This document shows positions 1 through 6,638 of a DNA stretch of 8,894 bases, piece after piece. The stretch comes from a virus (Duplodnaviria > Heunggongvirae > Uroviricota > Caudoviricetes). The notes under the pieces are model-generated. The model was not told where the DNA came from and made no database searches. It saw nothing but the letters and a program-made list of their open reading frames with translations. Positions within the stretch are counted from its first letter, which is position 1; each line of letters starts with the position of its first letter. The stretch lies in IMG/VR virus record IMGVR_UViG_2663763478_000004; one strand, written 5' to 3'. Position numbers and translations under genes: made by a program.

Positions 1-10
1 GTGTGGTCAT
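1..10 (-). CDS. V: Major tail protein gpV-like, 5' partial (start codon plus 2 codons only)
   Basis: On the - strand the window begins GGAGG-tggta-ATG ACC ACA: a Shine-Dalgarno 5 nt upstream of an ATG at 10..8, just downstream of the U stop (23..21). Position matches lambda gene V after U. Far too short for homology. Confidence 0.3.
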
Positions 11-20
11 TACCACCTCC

Positions 21-422
21 TTAATTCGTGTACGTGATCTGGTACGTGATTTCCGCCATCGCCCAGGTGGCCATCTCATTATCACGTTGATAGTTAAAAC
101 CGAGTGGGATCATGGTGTCGATGAGTCCGGAAAGCACCGGAATATCCTTCATGGCCGGAAATATGGTGTTCTCCATCCACGTATCCAGCTCAGAATCCGG
201 CGCCTGTGCACGGACGAAAACGGCAATATGCAGAACAGCCTGCCAGTCGTCCTCATCCGTCATTTTTCCGGTGTACTGCGCATCACTCAGCCACACCGCC
301 ACGGCGGGCAGTTCCTGCGCATCAATAAATGCCGGAAGCCCGTCAAAAAACGTGGCGCTGTCTCCACACTGTTCCCGAAGGCGTGCCAGCACGCTCTGAC
401 GGATTTGTGTGTGTCGGTTCAT
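21..422 (-). CDS. U: Tail terminator protein gpU
   Basis: 133-aa ORF (MNRHTQIRQSVLARL...ATFFDG...PAVAVWL...ELHI..VF..AQ.PDSELD.WME) recognisably homologous to lambda gpU (131 aa). ATGA overlap with the Z stop at 419..422. Confidence 0.9.
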   Translation of the reverse strand: MNRHTQIRQSVLARLREQCGDSATFFDGLPAFIDAQELPAVAVWLSDAQYTGKMTDEDDWQAVLHIAVFVRAQAPDSELDTWMENTIFPAMKDIPVLSGLIDTMIPLGFNYQRDNEMATWAMAEITYQITYTN

Positions 423-1006
423 TTACTCAGATGTAACCTCAGTTGTTGTTTCAGGGCATACCCCAGCTGTTTCGGCATTTCCGCAGCAATGATGCGGTCG
501 CGGGCATCTTCAAATGCCTGTGTCAGCGGTCCGGACATCGGGATTTTCACCACATCAATGGGGTAACGATTTTTGCCGTCAATACGCCGCATCACATGCC
601 AGCGACCATTCGCCAGTTGCTGAATAAACGCATCCCGGAAAAGGTATTTCCCCACTTTCAGTACGCTGCCACGATGACGTGAGTTGCTGCCATGCCGGGA
701 GCGGGCCAGTCTGACCTGTGCGGTACCCAGCTTAATGGCGGGCAGGTTACCCCGGTTAACACGCATGCGGGCATACATTTTTCCTGAGGGGCTGGCTTTA
801 AGCAGCCTGACACGCTCCCTGACCGTTTTCAGGGGAATACCTTTCACCTGGTTATCCCCGGCAACGGTATTCTGCGCAACCTGCCGTGTGGCGACAGAAA
901 CAATCTTTGCCGCCACACGGTTTACCGCCCATGCGCTGGTCTGTGGCACCATGCGGGTATCGAGGCTGTTCAGATTGCGGATGGCATTCTCAAGTCCCTT
1001 CATCAT
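419..1006 (-). CDS. Z: Tail completion protein gpZ
   Basis: 195-aa ORF between FII and U, the size and position of lambda gpZ (192 aa as I recall). Contains GRWHVM.R..GKNRYPIDVVKIPM. Its start overlaps the FII end by 17 nt. Assignment by synteny and length more than by remembered sequence. Confidence 0.8.
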   Translation of the reverse strand: MMKGLENAIRNLNSLDTRMVPQTSAWAVNRVAAKIVSVATRQVAQNTVAGDNQVKGIPLKTVRERVRLLKASPSGKMYARMRVNRGNLPAIKLGTAQVRLARSRHGSNSRHRGSVLKVGKYLFRDAFIQQLANGRWHVMRRIDGKNRYPIDVVKIPMSGPLTQAFEDARDRIIAAEMPKQLGYALKQQLRLHLSK

Positions 1007-1367
1007 ATCGCCTCATTCTGGCATTATTCTGTGGGGCAGGACTGCCCCGCCTTAACCGGATATAACAGCATCCCCCGTCATCCGGAGTAATACGATCCAC
1101 AAAGAAAGAATCATCCCCGATAGTTAACGTATCCTGACGGCGTAACTGCGATATATCTGCCGTTTTCACAAACAGGCACGGTGAGGAATCCTCAAGCCGG
1201 ATCCCCCCGGCAACAAAAGAAATACTTTCGGGATCATCAAAAACCCCTGTCAGGTGTGTCCCCTCAAGTTCTCCGGACGTAATGACGGCGCTGATCCCCA
1301 TATCACGGAGAATGACTTCATTGACACCGGCAAGCGCAGCATCAAACAGATTATCGAAACCGTCCAC
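990..1367 (-). CDS. FII: Head-tail joining protein gpFII
   Basis: 125-aa ORF MDGFDNLFDAALAG...GVFDDPE.IS......R.E.SSP.LFV.T....QLRR.DTLTIG...F.VDR..PDDGG closely parallels lambda gpFII (MADFDNLFDAAIA..., 117 aa). Confidence 0.9.
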   Translation of the reverse strand: MDGFDNLFDAALAGVNEVILRDMGISAVITSGELEGTHLTGVFDDPESISFVAGGIRLEDSSPCLFVKTADISQLRRQDTLTIGDDSFFVDRITPDDGGCCYIRLRRGSPAPQNNARMRRYDEGT

Positions 1368-1378
1368 GACATCTCCTG

Positions 1379-1765
1379 TTACTGCCTTTTTGCCAGACCA
1401 CCTGCCGCCATGCTGGCAGCCACCTCAGCAGAAACACGAAACGACGTTCCCGGTGAAACAAATATCACTGAACCATTACATTTTGTATGCAGTGTCGCCA
1501 GTGCCACCACCGTAACCTGCCCCGTTTCGTCTCCGGTAACAATGCCTGGCTGTTCAGGAACTGACTCGCCTTTATGCGCGGTCGGATCATCTTTCGATGG
1601 TGAGTACGTATCCGGCTCTGCGACCTCCCCCGCATCTCCAAGCTCTTCCTCCAGTTCCGCCACTCGCTGCGCAATATCTGCCGCACTACCGGAGACATCC
1701 GGTTCACGCCCCAGCCTCTCAGCCAGCTCACAAAGACGTTTCAGGTTTTCTTCTTTCGTAGCCAT
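1379..1765 (-). CDS. FI: DNA-packaging / head assembly protein gpFI
   Basis: ORF 1379..1798. The homologous start is the second Met (MATKEENLKRL, ATG at 1765..1763), preceded on the - strand by AGGAG-cgggt-ATG. The C-terminal VTVVALATLHT.....FVSPGTSFRVSAEVAA.M...GLA..Q matches the lambda gpFI C-terminus. Acidic, Pro-rich middle linker as in gpFI. Confidence 0.85.
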   Translation of the reverse strand: MATKEENLKRLCELAERLGREPDVSGSAADIAQRVAELEEELGDAGEVAEPDTYSPSKDDPTAHKGESVPEQPGIVTGDETGQVTVVALATLHTKCNGSVIFVSPGTSFRVSAEVAASMAAGGLAKRQ

Positions 1766-1780
1766 ACCCGCTCCTGATTG

Positions 1781-1810
1781 AATGAAAAACGGGAGCATTT
1801 AGCTCCCGCT
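1781..1810 (-). terminator. Intrinsic-terminator-like hairpin plus U-tract between E and FI
   Basis: - strand reads TAA(E stop)-tccgtg-AGCGGGAGC-taaat-GCTCCCGTT-tttcatt: a 7-bp perfect GC-rich stem (9 bp with one G.U and one A.U), 5-nt loop, then a T5 tract. It lies 6 nt after the E stop and about 20 nt before the FI SD/ATG. Confidence 0.45.
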
Positions 1811-1816
1811 CACGGA

Positions 1817-2845
1817 TTATTTCACCTGCACCACCACAAACTCATCCGGATCCGGCAGCACCATCAGCGGCGCGGACTGCGTCATGGTGAATTCACGCGC
1901 CGGATCACCCACGGTCAGCCAGTGTTTCGGATAACGGGAAGACGCCACCACGCCTTCAGACAATGCCTGCGCATCCTGAATGGCACCGTAGCAACGAATA
2001 CCCTCTGCGGCCGTATTTCCCAGTACCAGTGTGCCGTCCGGCAGATAACGTTTTTCGGTACCGTCCTCTGCCACATAGGACGTTTTTGCCACCACGATTG
2101 CCAGATCACCATAATACCCTTTGAAGGACACCACCGCCCCCAGGTCTTTCACTGCCGTTTCCAGCTGTGAATTTGAGCCACGACGGGTATCCAGTTTTTC
2201 GCGGAACAGCTTAAAGCCATTCAGCAGACGCCAGACCTTACCATCCATAATGGCAATATTGATGGTGCCGGAAGCAAAATCACAGTACGCATCCAGATCA
2301 TGCGTCGGATCAAAGGTATCGCGGTCCTGAGCGCTCCACTCCGTCCCTCCTGCCTGCGTAATGTTATTTCCCACCGACCGGCCAAAATCGACCTCAACAG
2401 TTTCAAACTGCTCTCCTTCCATGGTGTATTTGCCATACAGCACGGCATTCACCGCCTGCATCTCTTCCACCTGGACAATGGCGTGCTCTTCCTGTTTGAG
2501 GTTATCGGTGATGATACGCAGGCGACGGTAAGCCGGGCCGTTCAGCTGGGCCGGATCTTCACCGGGAAGACGCTCCACCGCCTGCTGGTAATTAAATTCG
2601 TGTTTCGGCTTAACGTAGCCCGGGCGCAGTACACGAGTTTCACCGCCACGGTGACGCAACACCTTTCCTTCAACAACCGGGGAGACATAGGCCGCCACCG
2701 GCGTTTTTCCGGTAATTTTGTCCAGCATTACCTCTTCGGTATGGAAATTCACCGTACGGCGGAAAAACAGCTCCAGAAACAGCGCACGAAATTTAACTTT
2801 TTGTTCGGTATAACCGAGTAACTGGCGGGTCGTAAACAATCCCAT
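1817..2845 (-). CDS. E: Major capsid protein gpE
   Basis: 342-aa ORF with long colinear matches to lambda gpE (341 aa): PGYVKPKHE, IVQVEEMQAV.AVL.GKYTM.GE.F..VEVD.GRS..NNITQ.GGTEWS, EKLDTRRGSNS.LETAVKDLG, TGDPAREFTM.QSAPLM.L.DPDEFV.VQ. SD-like AGGA upstream of the ATG. Confidence 0.95.
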   Translation of the reverse strand: MGLFTTRQLLGYTEQKVKFRALFLELFFRRTVNFHTEEVMLDKITGKTPVAAYVSPVVEGKVLRHRGGETRVLRPGYVKPKHEFNYQQAVERLPGEDPAQLNGPAYRRLRIITDNLKQEEHAIVQVEEMQAVNAVLYGKYTMEGEQFETVEVDFGRSVGNNITQAGGTEWSAQDRDTFDPTHDLDAYCDFASGTINIAIMDGKVWRLLNGFKLFREKLDTRRGSNSQLETAVKDLGAVVSFKGYYGDLAIVVAKTSYVAEDGTEKRYLPDGTLVLGNTAAEGIRCYGAIQDAQALSEGVVASSRYPKHWLTVGDPAREFTMTQSAPLMVLPDPDEFVVVQVK

Positions 2846-2902
2846 AAATCAGTTCCTTTCATTCAGAAATCAGTCAGGCTACCGCAGTGACCTGATAAAA
2901 TG

Positions 2903-3250
2903 TTACGGCAGCGCTGCGTGACTCAGGGCACTGCCGGCAAAGGCATTCGCCTTTTTGTGTGTATCCACTCTCTCAGGCCAGTGGATGGCCTCCGTCGCAA
3001 AGGTCCCCGACTTGTAATACGTCAGCACCGTCTCTGTACCTTCAAGCGGCAGTACCAGTATGCCAACCACATGGCCTGCCTTCTGTCCGTCCCAGACCAC
3101 CAGTTTCCCGGTATCCTCATCCAGCATCAGGGGCGTCAGAGCCGGTGTTGCCGAGGAAATCCCGCTGCAGCCTGTGGCGGTATGGGCCGGATCATTACCG
3201 GCAAAAATACGTACTTCCGCACGCTGTTCAGTGATGGTTTTCGTTACCAT
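2903..3250 (-). CDS. D: Head decoration protein gpD
   Basis: 115-aa ORF with DPAHTAT, TPLMLD, KLV.WDG, VGIL, T.YKSGTF, WPE and AFAG motifs colinear with lambda gpD (110 aa). GAGG about 10 nt upstream of the ATG. Confidence 0.95.
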   Translation of the reverse strand: MVTKTITEQRAEVRIFAGNDPAHTATGCSGISSATPALTPLMLDEDTGKLVVWDGQKAGHVVGILVLPLEGTETVLTYYKSGTFATEAIHWPERVDTHKKANAFAGSALSHAALP

Positions 3251-3286
3251 ATTGTAAAAACCTCATATTGATGGTCAGCACTGACT

Positions 3287-3952
3287 TCATGGCATGGCCA
3301 TGAGCATTTTCACGTCCGCATCACCGTCTGCTGACGTCTGTGGCACGCCACCCTGTACCGCTGCCGGTGAATGGTTCGCCATGAAATGTTCAAACATGGC
3401 GGTTGTGGATGCAGAAACCGGTTCTGCCCNNNNNNNNNNNNNNNNNNNNNNNNNNNNNNNNNNNNNNNNNNNNNNNNNNNNNNNNNNNNNNNNNNNNNNN
3501 NNNNNNNNNNNNNNNNNNNNNNNNTTCTCCACGGTCATCCCCGGACAGGCCGCCAGTTTTTCAGCCTGCGCCTCTGCCCCTTTTGCCTCATCCAGGGCCA
3601 TAATCTGATCACGAAGTGAGGGTCCGGCATTCGCCTGCGGTGAAGCAGCCAGAATCGGACGGGCTTTTTCCACCGTCATCTCCGGCATCGCCGCCAGCGT
3701 TGCCGCCAGTTGTTCACGTCCTTTCGCCTCTTCACATGCCATAATGCGATCGGCTTCACTCTGCGCAGATACACCAGATTGTTGCGGTGCCGCCACGGCC
3801 AGAATCGCCCGGGCCTGCTCAACGCTCATACCCTGTTGCCCTGCCAGCATCGTGGCCAGTTGTTCACGTCCTTTCGCTTCCTGACACGTCAGGATCCCCA
3901 TCACTCGCTGGTTCTCCTGCGCGGCAGCCTCCGTTGCAGTTAATTGCGGCAT
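3287..3952 (-). CDS. nu3: Scaffolding protein Nu3, nested in-frame in the 3' part of C (contains the N run)
   Basis: In-frame internal ATG at 3952..3950 (Met302 of the C ORF, ...DTGGT-M-PQLTATEAAAQ...) preceded on the - strand by AGGAGG-cact-ATG. It aligns with the GGRM... region where lambda Nu3 begins inside C. The exact start is an inference. Confidence 0.55.
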   Translation of the reverse strand: MPQLTATEAAAQENQRVMGILTCQEAKGREQLATMLAGQQGMSVEQARAILAVAAPQQSGVSAQSEADRIMACEEAKGREQLAATLAAMPEMTVEKARPILAASPQANAGPSLRDQIMALDEAKGAEAQAEKLAACPGMTVEXXXXXXXXXXXXXXXXXXXXXXXXXXXXXXXXXAEPVSASTTAMFEHFMANHSPAAVQGGVPQTSADGDADVKMLMAMP

Positions 3953-4855
3953 AGTGCCTCCTGTATCGTGTGTGTTCAGCGTCGCAGCCATCACGCTGAT
4001 GGCGTCCGACGCATTGATTAATTCATCCGCCAGTTCGGCCTCAATACCGGACTGACCTTCAAAAACGGCGGCCTCTGTTCCCATAACCGCATCCACAGAT
4101 AAACCGGTATACATCGCCACTTTTTCAGCAAACATCCGGCGCGCCGCATCAATGCGCTGCTGCATGTCCTGGCGAACCTTTGCTGGCAGGGATTCAAACT
4201 GATTGCCATCCACCTTGTGCGATCCGGCGTAAATCAGCGTGATATCCACACCGGCCTGTGCCAGATGACCGGCATAGCTGACATGGCCCATCATCACCCC
4301 AATGGAGCCGATACGGGATGTCTGGGTAACCAGCCGTCGGGAGCAGGCCGATGCCAGTAACATGGCGGCTGAACAGGCCGTGTCATTGCACAGTGCCCAG
4401 ACAGGCTTCAGCTGCCGGAGACGGTAAATCATGTCAGCGCAGTCAAACGCGCCGGTGGCCTGCCCGCCAGAACTGTCAATGTCCAGCAGTACGCCCCGTA
4501 CCTGAGTGTCCGCCATTGCCTGCTGAAGACAGGCGACAATGCCGTCATAGCCAGTCATTCCGGAAAATGGCCGCATGCCACCCAGCCGGTGTACCAGCGT
4601 GCCGGTCACCGGCAGTACAGCAATACCGTTCACCACCCGGTAAACACGGGCAGGTCGTTTGCCTCCGGCCATGTACTCGTCCGTTTCAGCCAGCATCCCG
4701 GGAGCGTCAAGCTGTACCTGCTGTTGCGGTACCGAAAGGCTTGCTGCGCCCATCTCACGCCCGAGCGCGCAAAAGAAAACCCGCGCATAGGCGGGCTCCA
4801 GAAGCAGCGGCTCATTGAATGCCGCAGCGATAATATGTGAAAGATTACGTCTCAC
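3287..4855 (-). CDS. C: Prohead protease / minor capsid protein gpC (S49 SppA-like family), interrupted by a 95-nt N run
   Basis: N-terminal 300 aa colinear with lambda gpC (AFNEPL.LEPAYARVFFCAL, VNGIAVLPV.GTLV, GVLLD.D..GG...GAFDCAD.I.R.R..KPVWAL.ND..CSA..LLASA.SRRLVTQT.R.GSIGVMM, LIY.GSHKVDGN). The C-terminal third carries the scaffold (Nu3) part with tandem repeats. The ORF length of 522 aa is not reliable because 3430..3524 is N. Start overlaps the portal end by 11 nt. Confidence 0.85.
   Translation of the reverse strand: MRRNLSHIIAAAFNEPLLLEPAYARVFFCALGREMGAASLSVPQQQVQLDAPGMLAETDEYMAGGKRPARVYRVVNGIAVLPVTGTLVHRLGGMRPFSGMTGYDGIVACLQQAMADTQVRGVLLDIDSSGGQATGAFDCADMIYRLRQLKPVWALCNDTACSAAMLLASACSRRLVTQTSRIGSIGVMMGHVSYAGHLAQAGVDITLIYAGSHKVDGNQFESLPAKVRQDMQQRIDAARRMFAEKVAMYTGLSVDAVMGTEAAVFEGQSGIEAELADELINASDAISVMAATLNTHDTGGTMPQLTATEAAAQENQRVMGILTCQEAKGREQLATMLAGQQGMSVEQARAILAVAAPQQSGVSAQSEADRIMACEEAKGREQLAATLAAMPEMTVEKARPILAASPQANAGPSLRDQIMALDEAKGAEAQAEKLAACPGMTVEXXXXXXXXXXXXXXXXXXXXXXXXXXXXXXXXXAEPVSASTTAMFEHFMANHSPAAVQGGVPQTSADGDADVKMLMAMP
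3430..3524. other. Run of 95 N (assembly gap or masked sequence)
   Basis: Directly visible in the sequence. It falls within the third copy of the tandem repeat in C/nu3. Confidence 0.98.
3525..3920 (-). repeat. Tandem in-frame repeats (period ~141-150 nt, at least 3 copies) inside the C/nu3 coding sequence, running into the N gap
   Basis: On the + strand gccagttgttcacgtcctttcgc recurs at about 3703 and 3855, and ccac(g/c)gtcatc at 3529 and 3670. At protein level: ...RVMGILTCQEAKGREQLATMLAGQQGMSVEQARAILAVAAPQ / ...RIMACEEAKGREQLAATLAAMPEMTVEKARPILAASPQ / ...QIMALDEAKGAEAQAEKLAACPGMTVE[gap]. Confidence 0.7.
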
Positions 4856-5468
4856 GTGATGTTGTCTCCTCTTCCGGCCTGCGACTCTCCGCTATCTGCT
4901 GCTGATACGCCTGGGCTATCCACACCGGACGTGAGAGTCCGGCTTTTTCGCGCTCTGCGGATTCCCTGACCTGCTGGCGGAAAATGTCCTGATAATCTTC
5001 GCCCATCAGTGCCAGTTCTTTCTCATACGTGCTCAGTCCGGCCTCAATGCGCATCACCGATTCCTGGACCTCCTTGAGCCCGTCAATGGCCATTCTTCCG
5101 GAGCTAATCCACTCTGCCCGTGACCAGGCTGAACGCGCCTGGTAAAAATCAAAACGCGCCCGTGGCGGACGAATAATCCCCCGAAGAAGCGCCTCTTCCA
5201 GCCAGCAGGAAAACATCTGCGTGGCCAGCCGGGCCGCAATAAATTTTCGCCGCCCCATAAAATAGCGCCACGACTCATTGGCGGAGGCGCGGGCACTTGA
5301 GTAACTGACCTTCGAGTAATCACGGGACAACTGTTCGTAGGAAACGCCAAGACCGGCTGCAATATACCGCAGCAGCGCCTGTTCAAGCGCCGAAAATCCA
5401 TTGTCTGAATCCTGCGCTGTCTGCAGGTTCAGCGCATCGCCAGGAAAAAAGGTGCGGAATTTTAACAC
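4845..5468 (-). CDS. B: Portal protein gpB, C-terminal fragment (homology begins about 5450; the annotated Met at 5468 is probably not a real start)
   Basis: PGDALNLQTAQDSDNGFSALEQALLRYIAAGLGVSYEQLSR.Y...YS.ARASANESW.YFMGRRKF.A.R...MF.CWLEEA, SGRMAIDGLKEVQE.VM.IEAGLSTYEKE match the lambda gpB C-terminal half. Confidence 0.8.
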   Translation of the reverse strand: MLKFRTFFPGDALNLQTAQDSDNGFSALEQALLRYIAAGLGVSYEQLSRDYSKVSYSSARASANESWRYFMGRRKFIAARLATQMFSCWLEEALLRGIIRPPRARFDFYQARSAWSRAEWISSGRMAIDGLKEVQESVMRIEAGLSTYEKELALMGEDYQDIFRQQVRESAEREKAGLSRPVWIAQAYQQQIAESRRPEEETTSRET

Positions 5469-6438
5469 CGCCCAGCGTCACGTTATTCGTGTCATACCAG
5501 CGGGTGAACTTCTCCAGAATATTAATAAGCGGATTATCCTGCTGACCTTGCGGTGCCCCCGCGATATATTCAAATGCCTTTTCGGTATCAAGTTCACTTT
5601 CGATTGTGGCTGCATACATCGCCTTCACAATGGCCGACTGAAGCTGCGTGGCCTGCAGGGAGTCCAGCATCTTCATCCGCTCCATTACGCTGTAAAACTG
5701 ATTAGCCCCACGGGTCTGCCCGTCCTCCACCGGCTCAAAAATATGCAGCATGGCCGGACGCCCGGTGGGAAGCTCACGCGGGATCCGCTCCCAGCGTCCG
5801 GCACCAGAGAACGGAAAATCATCCTCACAGATATGGTACGCAATCGCCCGCCCATACCGATCGACCTCAACCCCGGCCCGCAGAAAGTGGTTCCCCATAC
5901 CGTGTCCTGGCGTGTCCACCCGTTTCGGACTCACGGCTTTAAAACGCGTACGGAATAACTGCGTGGTTTCCGTATCCCAGACCGGCTGCACAAAGATTTC
6001 GCCGTTAAAGGCATGCACGCCCACCCCTTCACGGATAAATTCCGTAAACGTGCGTTTCCCTTCCACGTCGATCTCGCCAAACATTCCTTCTGCGTATTCC
6101 GACCAGGCTGCTTCCACCTCCCCGACAAAACTTTTTGCCGTGGTCTCCCGCATCCCCAGCCAACGCCAGTTCAGACGGTAGCTGATAAGAAACATGTGCC
6201 CGACGATATGATCCTTATGCAGGGCCACCGCATTAGCCGCGATACCGTTATTGCGCACCAGATCATCTGCCCGGGCATTCCCCAGACGCAATGCAGGCAA
6301 CAGGGCCGCATCGGCACTCTGCGCCGGTGGTAACCACTCTGCCATTTGCCCGCCAAATCCTGCGCCGCCTCCGTTGTAGCTGAGACTCTCACGAAGCGGA
6401 ACGCCGTTCACATCAATCAGGACAGGCGTTCGTTTCAT
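5383..6438 (-). CDS. B: Portal protein gpB, N-terminal fragment (homologous through about 5446; the last ~20 codons are out-of-frame read-through)
   Basis: GGGAGFGGQ, AALLP..R.GNARADDLVRNNG.AANA, KRTFT..IREGV..HAFNGE.FVQ, IPRELP.GR....H.FEPVEDGQTRGAN.FYSVME.MKMLD.LQ.TQLQSAIVKAMYAATIESELDT all match lambda gpB. ATGA overlap with the W stop. Confidence 0.8.
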   Translation of the reverse strand: MKRTPVLIDVNGVPLRESLSYNGGGAGFGGQMAEWLPPAQSADAALLPALRLGNARADDLVRNNGIAANAVALHKDHIVGHMFLISYRLNWRWLGMRETTAKSFVGEVEAAWSEYAEGMFGEIDVEGKRTFTEFIREGVGVHAFNGEIFVQPVWDTETTQLFRTRFKAVSPKRVDTPGHGMGNHFLRAGVEVDRYGRAIAYHICEDDFPFSGAGRWERIPRELPTGRPAMLHIFEPVEDGQTRGANQFYSVMERMKMLDSLQATQLQSAIVKAMYAATIESELDTEKAFEYIAGAPQGQQDNPLINILEKFTRWYDTNNVTLGGVKIPHLFSWRCAEPADSAGFRQWIFGA

Positions 6439-6638
6439 AACCTCACTCCCAGCGGTCGGCGGCGTCGGGTCGTACCCAGAACCGACTCCGCATCGTTGAT
6501 CGCACGGTTAAGCTCATTCAGGGACGCTGCCGTATATTCGATCCTGCGACCGTCTTTCTGTACCGACACAACCCGTTTACCGGTTAATAAATCAAGGCGC
6601 GCCTGACGCAGCGCCTGCAGTTCAGCGACTGTAACCAT
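6435..6638 (-). CDS. W: Head-tail joining / head completion protein gpW
   Basis: 67-aa ORF MVTVAELQALRQARLDLLTGKRVVSVQKDGRRIEYTAASLNEL...RRRR versus lambda gpW (68 aa) [43 protein letters not shown]...QRRR. GGAGGA Shine-Dalgarno overlaps the A stop; the start immediately follows the A stop. Confidence 0.92.
   Translation of the reverse strand: MVTVAELQALRQARLDLLTGKRVVSVQKDGRRIEYTAASLNELNRAINDAESVLGTTRRRRPLGVRL

Larger units (their letters stand above)
4845..6438 (-). pseudogene. B: Portal protein gpB, reading frame broken by a +1 indel in a homopolymer (true pseudogene or sequencing error)
   Basis: Two adjacent ORFs (5383..6438 and 4845..5468) together are colinear with lambda gpB (533 aa). 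Homology switches frame at the A6 run 5445..5450 (T6 on the coding strand): ...GGVKIPHLF|FPGDALNLQTAQD versus lambda ...GGAKVPHLMPGDSLNLQTAQD. Removing one base would give about 531 codons. Confidence 0.6.

Noticed and set aside
3-566. 187-aa + strand ORF, and likewise the other + strand ORFs in the track (112..399, 443..682, 684..1055, 1254..1781, 1282..1515, 1778..2170, 2121..2330, 2300..2821, 2900..3271, 2959..3234, 3060..3257, 3294..3608, 3371..3619, 3403..3603, 3710..3943, 4351..4818, 4589..4840, 5401..5958, 5750..6181, 6013..6333, 6346..6606, 6698..7051, 6870..7118, 7174..7368, 7425..7913, 7471..7689, 7904..8116)
   Set aside because: All lie antisense to well-supported - strand structural genes. 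Their translations are Arg/Pro/Cys/His-rich low-complexity sequences typical of antisense shadows of GC-rich genes, none resembles a known protein family, and none has a convincing RBS. Treated as non-coding.
1465-1731. Alternative-frame - strand ORFs embedded in real genes (1465..1731 in FI, 1915..2112 and 2221..2448 in E, 4018..4209 and 4630..4815 in C, 5054..5401, 5685..5870, 5931..6128 and 6171..6392 in B, 6671..6940 and 7802..8092 in A)
   Set aside because: They overlap strongly supported CDSs in another frame, have unusual composition (Trp/Arg/Cys-rich) and no recognisable homology. Most parsimonious as chance open frames.
2846-2902. D-E intergenic region (57 nt) examined for a hairpin, small ORF or moron insertion
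   Set aside because: Only an imperfect short inverted repeat (atcaggtca...tgactgat) and a plausible SD (AGGA) for E. Too short for a gene and nothing distinctive. The same holds for the C-D spacer (3251..3286) and the FI-FII spacer (1368..1378).
3525-3920. Tandem repeat region considered as a possible CRISPR array or non-coding satellite
   Set aside because: The repeats are about 141-150 nt, imperfect, in-frame and translate into a conserved protein module homologous to lambda Nu3/C. There is no repeat-spacer architecture, so this is coding repeat expansion, not CRISPR.
5440-5455. Possibility that the A6/T6 run in the portal gene is a programmed ribosomal frameshift site
   Set aside because: No portal gene is known to require programmed frameshifting. 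The known lambdoid programmed frameshift is in the tail chaperone G/GT genes, outside this window. Homology simply continues in the shifted frame with the footprint of a single-base insertion.
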